In this document: positions 57,518-64,000 of the stretch, piece by piece
How positions within the stretch are numbered: the stretch's first letter is position 1
How the letters are laid out: each line of letters begins with the position of its first letter
Virus record (IMG/VR): IMGVR_UViG_3300028025_000091
Location: 1-64,000 of that record
Strand: one strand, 5' to 3'
DNA length: 64,000 bases
From: a virus
The notes under the pieces: model-generated
The model's database searches: none
What the model was told of the DNA's origin: nothing
What the model saw: the letters and a program-made list of their open reading frames with translations, nothing else
Position numbers and translations under genes: made by a program

Positions 57518-59239
57518 ATGTCAAGTATTAATTCATTACTAGAAAGCGCAGCAAGTGGGTGGAAAAACCTACAAAGCGACGCAGCTCGTATGTCCTCAAA
57601 ATGGGGTAAAACGGGATTATTAGAAGGATTAGGAAGCGAAGTTGATAAAAACAACATGGCTATGATCCTTGAAAACCAAGCAAAACAATTGGTTGTTGAG
57701 CAATCTTCAACTCAAGCAGGAGGTTCAGGATTTACAACTGGAACCGGTGAAAACTGGGCTGGAGTAGCTCTTCCATTGGTACGTAAAGTATTTGGTTCTT
57801 TATCAACTAAAGAATTCATGTCTGTACAACCAATGAATTTGCCATCTGGACTTGTATTCTTCTTAGATTTCCAATATGGTGATTCTAACGGTAAAGCAGC
57901 TCCTACGGGTCCATTTGGTCCTGGTGGAAATCCTTACGGTGCTACATCTTCAATGTACGGTAACACTAACCCAGGTGTTAATGCTGATGCATCTCAAGGT
58001 TTGTATGGTGCAGGTCGTTTTGCATACTCAATCAACCAATTCTCAGCTTCTGTAGCTACAACTCGTACAACTGCTCTTTGGCAAGATGTAGATTATGATA
58101 CAACTTTATCTGCTTCTATAGCTGCTGGTAATTATTCAAAAGTTACTGTTACTGTTGGTGCTGGTACTAACGCATTACGCCCTGATTTCAAAGGTGTTCG
58201 TGCATTCGTATTAGCTTCAGGTTCAGCAACTACTCCTCAAGCTGTACCAGTTGCTAACTTGTTACCTCAATATACAGCTACTGACGGAACTTCTACAGTT
58301 TCATTCATATTCTCAGGATCTGCAAGTGGTCCAGGTGGTGGTGTACCAGGTACTGGTTCAGCAACTACAAACAACTCATTGTTCTACAACGTTCAACCAG
58401 CTGATAACTACAGAGGTGACTTCGAAGATAGCAATGGTGCTGGTTATCCAAATGCTGATTCTACATCTTCTGATCAATTAGCTATTCCACAGATTAACAT
58501 CAACATGAAATCTGAAGCTATTGTTGCTAAAACACGTAAATTGAAAGCACAATGGACACCAGAATTTGCTCAAGATTTGAACGCATACCAATCATTGGAT
58601 GCTGAAGCTGAGTTAACATCTATCATGTCTGAGTACATCGCTCTTGAGATCGACTTAGAAAACTTAGATATGTTGATTCAAGATGCATCTGCTTGGGATG
58701 AGTACTGGTCAGCTAAAAACAACAACTATTTGAACGCAGGTAAAACAGCTTGGGCTGATGATGCTGGTTACTACAACACACAAGGTCAGTGGTTCCAAAC
58801 TTTAGGTACTAAAATGCAGAAAGTTAGTAACAAAATCCACCAGAAAACTCTTCGTGGAGGTGCTAACTTCTTATTATGTTCTCCTTCAGTAGCAACTATC
58901 TTGGAATCAATCCCAGGATTTGCTGCAGGATCTGATGGTGATGTAACTAAAGCGTCTTACGCATTTGGTATCCAGAAAGCGGGTCAAATGAATAACCGTT
59001 ACACAGTTTACAAAAACCCTTACATGACAGAAAACTTGATCTTGATGGGTTATAGAGGAGCTCAATTCCTTGAAACTGGTGCGGTATTTGCTCCATATGT
59101 TCCATTAATCATGACACCTCTTGTGTACGATCCAACTACATTTACTCCACGTAAAGGTTTATTGACTCGTTACGCTAAGAAAATGATCCGTCCGGAATTC
59201 TTCGGTCGTATCTGGGTTAACGATTTGAACGTAATCTAA
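57518..59239 (+). CDS. gp23: Major capsid protein (gp23-like)
   Basis: LENQ, PLVRKVF, VQPMNLPSGLVF, AKTRKLKAQWTPEFAQDLNAY, APYVPL, TRYA. Confidence 0.95.
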   Translation: MSSINSLLESAASGWKNLQSDAARMSSKWGKTGLLEGLGSEVDKNNMAMILENQAKQLVVEQSSTQAGGSGFTTGTGENWAGVALPLVRKVFGSLSTKEFMSVQPMNLPSGLVFFLDFQYGDSNGKAAPTGPFGPGGNPYGATSSMYGNTNPGVNADASQGLYGAGRFAYSINQFSASVATTRTTALWQDVDYDTTLSASIAAGNYSKVTVTVGAGTNALRPDFKGVRAFVLASGSATTPQAVPVANLLPQYTATDGTSTVSFIFSGSASGPGGGVPGTGSATTNNSLFYNVQPADNYRGDFEDSNGAGYPNADSTSSDQLAIPQININMKSEAIVAKTRKLKAQWTPEFAQDLNAYQSLDAEAELTSIMSEYIALEIDLENLDMLIQDASAWDEYWSAKNNNYLNAGKTAWADDAGYYNTQGQWFQTLGTKMQKVSNKIHQKTLRGGANFLLCSPSVATILESIPGFAAGSDGDVTKASYAFGIQKAGQMNNRYTVYKNPYMTENLILMGYRGAQFLETGAVFAPYVPLIMTPLVYDPTTFTPRKGLLTRYAKKMIRPEFFGRIWVNDLNVI

Positions 59240-59264
59240 TCGATAGTAAATGATCGAATGTAAA

Positions 59265-59290
59265 GAGCCGGACGAAAGTCCGGCTTTTTT
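59265..59290 (+). terminator. Rho-independent terminator after the capsid gene
   Basis: GAGCCGGAC-GAAA-GTCCGGCTT followed by a T-run. Confidence 0.9.
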
Positions 59291-59326
59291 ATTTTCCCCC
59301 CAATATTTATTAGCAAATATAGTTAT

Positions 59327-60025
59327 ATGAACGATTTTAATAGAACGCCACAAGCGCAAGAGGTTTTTAAAGCAAAAAGAAAACCTAAAGGTCCAATCAA
59401 GTTTGAAATTCAATTAAATGAAGAACAGAAAAGGGCAAAAGAACAAATCCTAAACAATACCGTTACAGTATTAAAAGGTAAAGCAGGTTCTGGTAAATCG
59501 CTCTTAGCGGCTAACATAGCACTTGACTTATTATTTAGTAGAGAAATCGAAAAGATTATCATTACTCGACCAACTGTAGTAGCAGGACAAGACATTGGTT
59601 TCCTACCAGGAGACGTTAATGAAAAACTGGCCCCATTTACAGCTCCAGTGTATGAAAACATGCATCGATTATATAATAAAGAAAAAATCGAAAAATGTAT
59701 TTCCGAAGGTGAAATTGAAATAGTTCCTGTATCGTTTATGCGAGGTAGAAACTTTACTAATTGTTTGGTTGTAATTGATGAAGCACAAAACTTAACAGAT
59801 ACACAAACCGAACTATTGTTAACTCGTATTTGTCACGGGTCAAAAATGATATTTTGTGGTGATGCTGCTCAAATTGACTTAAAAGACAGAAAGCAATCAG
59901 GATTTGACGTTGTATGTAAGCATATGAAAGATGTTCCTGGATTTGAGGTAATCACATTAGAGAAAAACCATAGACACGAGATTGTAGAGTTTATTTTGGA
60001 TGTATATAAGAATCTTAGAGCATAA
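59327..60025 (+). CDS. phoH: PhoH-like ATPase
   Basis: GKAGSGKS, IITRP, GFLPG, FMRGRNF, DEAQN, GD..QID, RH..V. Confidence 0.95.
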   Translation: MNDFNRTPQAQEVFKAKRKPKGPIKFEIQLNEEQKRAKEQILNNTVTVLKGKAGSGKSLLAANIALDLLFSREIEKIIITRPTVVAGQDIGFLPGDVNEKLAPFTAPVYENMHRLYNKEKIEKCISEGEIEIVPVSFMRGRNFTNCLVVIDEAQNLTDTQTELLLTRICHGSKMIFCGDAAQIDLKDRKQSGFDVVCKHMKDVPGFEVITLEKNHRHEIVEFILDVYKNLRA

Positions 60026-60070
60026 AATGTAAATCAAGGGTTCTATTCATATTTATAACAAAAACCCACA

Positions 60071-60496
60071 ATGGCTAACTTATACATAACAGTTACTGAG
60101 GAAATTACTTTAGCTAATAATGAAACTCAAAAAGTAACCACCCCAACAATAATTTCTAATATTAACTATGTTGATACAAGAAATATGAATTGCCCTACAG
60201 GATCACAAACATCAATTTTTTCCTTAGGAGCAACCCCAGGTGCTGGTACTTTTGTAACTAGTAGTTTACAATATGCTAGAATAACTAATTTATCAACCTC
60301 CACAGTAAAATTATCAATAGAGGCTCCTACAACAGATGTAAGTTTTTTAGTATCTGCTGGTAATTCTTTTTATGTATCTACTAGTAAAATAACAGGTAGT
60401 ATAGATAATGTTTTTACTTTAGAAGATATCCAAAATGTTTACATTGAATCTTCTGGATCATCTGCTCAAATTGAATATTTTATCGCTACAAACTAA
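60071..60496 (+). CDS. Virion structural protein
   Basis: Late promoter; S/T-rich beta composition. Confidence 0.6.
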   Translation: MANLYITVTEEITLANNETQKVTTPTIISNINYVDTRNMNCPTGSQTSIFSLGATPGAGTFVTSSLQYARITNLSTSTVKLSIEAPTTDVSFLVSAGNSFYVSTSKITGSIDNVFTLEDIQNVYIESSGSSAQIEYFIATN

Positions 60497-60503
60497 TTAA
60501 CCT

Positions 60504-61655
60504 ATGAATATTCCAATTTGGCCCGGCTCAAGTTCATTCCAACCAGGAGAAACTCCATTTGGTTTTTATGACAATGATTATCAATTTCAAACAGATGCTG
60601 ATAAATTTGCTAAATTTGCGGCACAACGTTTAGGTTATCCTTTAGTAGAAGTTGAATTACAAAATATTAATTTTTATACTGCTTTAGAAGAGGCAGTTAC
60701 TACATATGGAAATGAATTGTATGCTTATCAAGTAGCAGAAAATTTATTATCTTTCCAAGGAGCATCAACAACAATCAACCCTGGAAATAACGAACTAGTT
60801 GAAGAAAATTTGGCAGCTATAGTACGTTTATCTAATCAATATGGTGAAGAAGCAGGTGTTGGAGGTACTATTACATATCATACAGGATCCATTACCCTAA
60901 TCCCAGGAGTACAAAATTACGATTTAAAATCTTGGGCAACATCCCAAGGTATTCAAGGTGGTATTGAAATGAAAAGAGTATTTTATGAAGCACCCCCTGC
61001 AATCACTCGTTACTTTGACCCATATGCAGGTACAGGTACAGGAATGATGCAAATGATGGACTCATTTGGTTGGGGATCATATTCACCAGCTATTAATTTC
61101 ATGCTAATGCCTATCAGTTATGATATGCAAAAAATCCAAGCAATTGAATTTAATGACCAAATTAGAAAATCACAATATACATTTGAGTTAGTTAACAACG
61201 TATTAAGAATATTTCCAATTCCTCAAGGAGGAGGAATTCGTGAATTACATTTTGAATATATTTTACTTACTGATCGTAATCAACCATATACCGAAAGAAA
61301 CGGACAAAGTATTATTACCAATGCATCTAACGTCCCATACCAAAACCCAACATATACTGCGATTAACTCGATTGGTCGTCAATGGATATTTGAATATGGA
61401 TTAGGTATCGTTAAAGAAATTTTAGGCTATGTTAGAGGTAAATACTCTACCATCCCTATCCCAGGATCTGAAGTAACTTTAAATCAAGGTGATTTAATTA
61501 CTGCTGCAACAAGTGAAAAACAAGCGTTAATTGAACGTTTAAGAGCATATTTTGATACAACTTCCCGCAAAACATTACTTGCTAATAAAGCAGAAGAAGC
61601 ACAAAGTCAAATGAGTATATTAAATGACGTTCCAATGACAATTTTTATAGGATAA
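60504..61655 (+). CDS. Neck/head-tail adaptor (gp13-like)
   Basis: RLGYPLVEVEL, WI..Y.....KEILG..RGKY, LNxxDL, C-terminal P..IFIG. Confidence 0.8.
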   Translation: MNIPIWPGSSSFQPGETPFGFYDNDYQFQTDADKFAKFAAQRLGYPLVEVELQNINFYTALEEAVTTYGNELYAYQVAENLLSFQGASTTINPGNNELVEENLAAIVRLSNQYGEEAGVGGTITYHTGSITLIPGVQNYDLKSWATSQGIQGGIEMKRVFYEAPPAITRYFDPYAGTGTGMMQMMDSFGWGSYSPAINFMLMPISYDMQKIQAIEFNDQIRKSQYTFELVNNVLRIFPIPQGGGIRELHFEYILLTDRNQPYTERNGQSIITNASNVPYQNPTYTAINSIGRQWIFEYGLGIVKEILGYVRGKYSTIPIPGSEVTLNQGDLITAATSEKQALIERLRAYFDTTSRKTLLANKAEEAQSQMSILNDVPMTIFIG

Positions 61656-61656
61656 T

Positions 61657-62166
61657 ATGGCATTATTTGGCACCCAACGTGACGTTTCCCTAATTAGACA
61701 CCTTAATCGTGAGTTGTTATGGGATATTATTACTGAACAATGTGTATATTATCAATTTAAAACAGCTGAAACTAAAGTAAACATGTATGGTGAAGCAGCA
61801 GGTGCTAAATATTATGGTGAACCTGTTATCTTAAACATGCTTGTTGATAGAGGTGATAACACTTCACCAACAAGTGATATGGGTGTAGATTATGATCGTC
61901 CTATGACATTTAAATTCTTTAGAGATGATTTAGTTGATGCTAGTTTAGTGCCTGATGTAGGTGATATCATTATGTGGTATGAAGGATATTGGGAAGTTGA
62001 AAACACAAACGCTAACCAATTATTTGTAGGTAAAGACCCAGCATATCCATATAACGAAAATCCACTTAATCCTGGATTAGAAAACTATGGTACCAATTTA
62101 TCTATTATGTGTGTATGTCATTATGTACCTGCTGATAGAGTTCAAATTACTAAAGAAAGGATATAA
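61657..62166 (+). CDS. Head-closure/neck protein (gp14-like)
   Basis: NMYGEA, PDVGDII.....YWEV; synteny. Confidence 0.65.
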   Translation: MALFGTQRDVSLIRHLNRELLWDIITEQCVYYQFKTAETKVNMYGEAAGAKYYGEPVILNMLVDRGDNTSPTSDMGVDYDRPMTFKFFRDDLVDASLVPDVGDIIMWYEGYWEVENTNANQLFVGKDPAYPYNENPLNPGLENYGTNLSIMCVCHYVPADRVQITKERI

Positions 62167-62169
62167 GAC

Positions 62170-63075
62170 ATGCCATCAGTAAGAAAACCCAATCCAAAAT
62201 CTCAATTAGAGATCCAAAACGATCAGATAGAACCTTATGTTTTTCCTGATACCGGAGAATCTTATGGTAATCCTAACATACCTTCTAACTTTAACCAATT
62301 TACAGCAAACGATCAAAGCGGAATAGATTTTAATCGTTCTGAAAAAATGTCTTTTAAAGACGATCCATCCCTTCCATTTACTGTTGGGTTACAAGATATA
62401 GATGAATCCATAATGTATTACTTTCAAAATGTAATTCGACCTACAGTAATACAAAATGGTGTTCGTATTCCGGTTCCTATTATTTATGGTGCACCTGAAC
62501 GTTGGAAATCTGTATCAAAAGATGGATACTATAAAGATAAAAATGGTGCTATTATGTCTCCTTTAATTATGTTTAAAAGAGATACAATGGATAAAAACCG
62601 TTCTCTTACTAATAAACTGGATGCTAATACACCCCATTTATATACATCTTGGGTAAGAACATATAACCCAAAAAATGCATATTCTAATTTTAACGTTCTA
62701 ACTAACCGCAAACCGGTTAAACAGTTTGTAGTAAATGTAGTACCGGATTATGTTACATTAACTTATAGTTGTGTTATTCAAACATATTATGTAGAACAAC
62801 TTAATAAAATTATTGAAGCAGTAAACTATGCTTCAGATTCATATTGGGGTGACCCAGAGCGTTTTAAATTTAAATCAACTATTGACTCATATTCTACAGT
62901 TGTGGAAATAGGTGATACAACAAACCGTGTTGTAAAAGGTACATTCTCAATCAAATTATTTGGTTATATTGTACCAGACACAATTCAAAAAGAGGTTACA
63001 GCTATTAAAAAATATAATAGTAAAGCCCAAGTTATTATTGGTGTTGAAACAGTTAATAATTTAAATAATCTATAA
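62170..63075 (+). CDS. Tail terminator/sheath stabiliser (gp15-like)
   Basis: VPIIYGAPERW, P....R, VPDYV...Y.....Q.N.IIE; synteny. Confidence 0.7.
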   Translation: MPSVRKPNPKSQLEIQNDQIEPYVFPDTGESYGNPNIPSNFNQFTANDQSGIDFNRSEKMSFKDDPSLPFTVGLQDIDESIMYYFQNVIRPTVIQNGVRIPVPIIYGAPERWKSVSKDGYYKDKNGAIMSPLIMFKRDTMDKNRSLTNKLDANTPHLYTSWVRTYNPKNAYSNFNVLTNRKPVKQFVVNVVPDYVTLTYSCVIQTYYVEQLNKIIEAVNYASDSYWGDPERFKFKSTIDSYSTVVEIGDTTNRVVKGTFSIKLFGYIVPDTIQKEVTAIKKYNSKAQVIIGVETVNNLNNL

Positions 63076-63221
63076 TGGCAGCAAAAGCAAAAGGACAAAC
63101 CGCAGTTTCATTCGTGAGAAAACCTAAAAAGAAAAACCCAGGTGTTCACGCAAAATCAAAATCAAGTAAAAACAAAAACAGTAAAAATTACACTAAAGTG
63201 TATGTTTCACAGGGAAAATGA
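63075..63221 (+). CDS. Small very basic protein, 48 aa, not in ORF track
   Basis: MAAKAKGQTAVSFVRKPKKKNPGVHAKSKSSKNKNSKNYTKVYVSQGK; TAATG coupling. Confidence 0.7.
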   Translation: MAAKAKGQTAVSFVRKPKKKNPGVHAKSKSSKNKNSKNYTKVYVSQGK

Positions 63222-63242
63222 TATTTATAATAAATTAAAATT

Positions 63243-63506
63243 ATGCCAATCGTTACAGAACAAAAGTTTTTATCAGAAGAAGAAAAAACAGTACTATTAG
63301 AAATTCGTCAAAAAACTCAAGCATTAATTGCTGAATTGGGTGAAATCGAGTTAATTAAATTACAATTAGAAGATCGTCATGATTCTGCTAAAACATTTTT
63401 AAGTGAACTCAAAACCAAAGAACAAGAATTTACTAAATCAGTATTCGACAAATATGGTAAAGTTAATGTTAACCCAGAAACCGGTGAAATTACACCAATG
63501 GATTAA
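63243..63506 (+). CDS. Small coiled-coil late protein (possible assembly chaperone)
   Basis: Late promoter; LGEIEL...KYG..N...GEI. Confidence 0.65.
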   Translation: MPIVTEQKFLSEEEKTVLLEIRQKTQALIAELGEIELIKLQLEDRHDSAKTFLSELKTKEQEFTKSVFDKYGKVNVNPETGEITPMD

Positions 63507-63551
63507 TCTGGATTTAAATACACCATATTTATAATAAAATAACATATTACA

Positions 63552-64000
63552 ATGGCAGAAACAATTGTATCACCTGGTGTATTAGCAATAGAAAATGATC
63601 AATCATTTATAACACAACAACCTGTACAAGCAGGTGCCGCTATCGTAGGTCCAACAGTAAAAGGTAAAGTAGGTATTCCTACAATTTGCACAACATATAG
63701 TGATTATCTAAATAAATATGGTGCTACTTTTTTAAGTGGAAGTACTACATATACTTATCTTACTTCAATTGCTGCTTACAACTATTTTGCAGGTGGTGGA
63801 AACACATTACTTGTTACTCGTGTAGTAAGTGGTAGTACAACCACAGCTTGGACCCCAGCTACTTCATCATTTATATCCTCATCTGCTCATGCAGCCGGTG
63901 CCCCTTATAATACTTCAACATTTGTTTTAGAAACATTAGCTGAAGGAGAAATTTTAAACAGTGTAGGTCCTACGGGTTCAAATGGTACACTTTTAAGTGG
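63552..64000 (+). CDS. gp18: Tail sheath protein (gp18-like), N-terminal part, truncated by the window end
   Basis: MAETIVSPGVLAIENDQS...AAIVGPTVKG...NYF.GGG..LLVTRV. Confidence 0.9.
   Translation, partial: MAETIVSPGVLAIENDQSFITQQPVQAGAAIVGPTVKGKVGIPTICTTYSDYLNKYGATFLSGSTTYTYLTSIAAYNYFAGGGNTLLVTRVVSGSTTTAWTPATSSFISSSAHAAGAPYNTSTFVLETLAEGEILNSVGPTGSNGTLLS

Larger units (their letters stand above)
11360..63534 (+). promoter_or_regulatory. Late promoter motif ATATTTAT(A), variant ATATGTAT; dispersed, about 17 intergenic copies
   Basis: Starts at 11360, 11643, 13088, 15609, 19194, 21805, 28973, 31661, 35423, 39606, 43111, 47467, 52616, 59303, 60049, 63221 and 63525, each about 5-30 nt before an ATG, mostly of morphogenesis genes. 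Confidence 0.8.

Noticed and set aside
1667-58481. Nested alternative-frame + strand ORFs (1667..1855, 32188..32373, 39165..39362, 41518..41700, 58251..58481)
   Set aside because: They lie within better-supported genes and have no start context or motif support.
49096-59239. Introns or inteins in terminase, portal or capsid genes
   Set aside because: The ORFs are continuous and of expected size, with no intein splice motifs evident.
2503-62711. Minus-strand ORFs in the track (for example 2817..3155, 39880..40395, 44548..44910, 55701..56051, 56393..56719)
   Set aside because: They are shadows of + strand genes with complementary low-complexity composition (S/F/L-rich) and have no promoter motifs on that strand.
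1-64000. Stop-codon reassignment as seen in some Bacteroidota phages
   Set aside because: Core genes are full length in the standard code, and TAG and TGA both end apparently complete genes.

Overview
This window is a 64-kb, AT-rich segment of a large T4-like myophage genome, coded entirely on the + strand in the standard genetic code. The host is most likely a Bacteroidota (Flavobacteriales-like) bacterium: there are TTG...TAnnTT promoters, A-rich ribosome-binding regions without Shine-Dalgarno motifs, signal peptides cleaved before Gln, and an Hc1-like small protein. Layout: (1) 1-8.9 kb is an array of tiny early genes, most behind their own copy of a strictly spaced GGA-N20-WTCGTATATT promoter-like motif (17 copies). 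(2) About 8.9-9.4 kb is a GC-rich non-coding boundary. (3) 9.4-15.6 kb holds accessory genes, an HD hydrolase and a gp55-like late sigma factor. (4) 15.6-33.2 kb is baseplate, GH19 lysin and fibre genes. (5) Primase and a PD-(D/E)xK exonuclease follow. (6) 35.4-48.4 kb is a block of late-promoter genes (kinase, nucleotidyltransferase polyprotein, HAD nucleotidase, nuclease-like and Cys-rich proteins) that share an N-terminal L-x-x-(L/I)-(I/V/L)-(K/R/N)-E leader and internal (I/L)-x-E sites. (7) Terminase, portal, prohead protease, scaffold, major capsid, PhoH, neck proteins and the start of the tail sheath end the window. The leading candidate for an undescribed system is a leader-directed, protease-released cargo of enzymes packaged in the head. 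Other candidates are a three-class promoter programme with a modular early cassette array, and an (S/T)-G-S motif enriched in external virion proteins. All functional calls come from motif recognition by eye; no database search was run.
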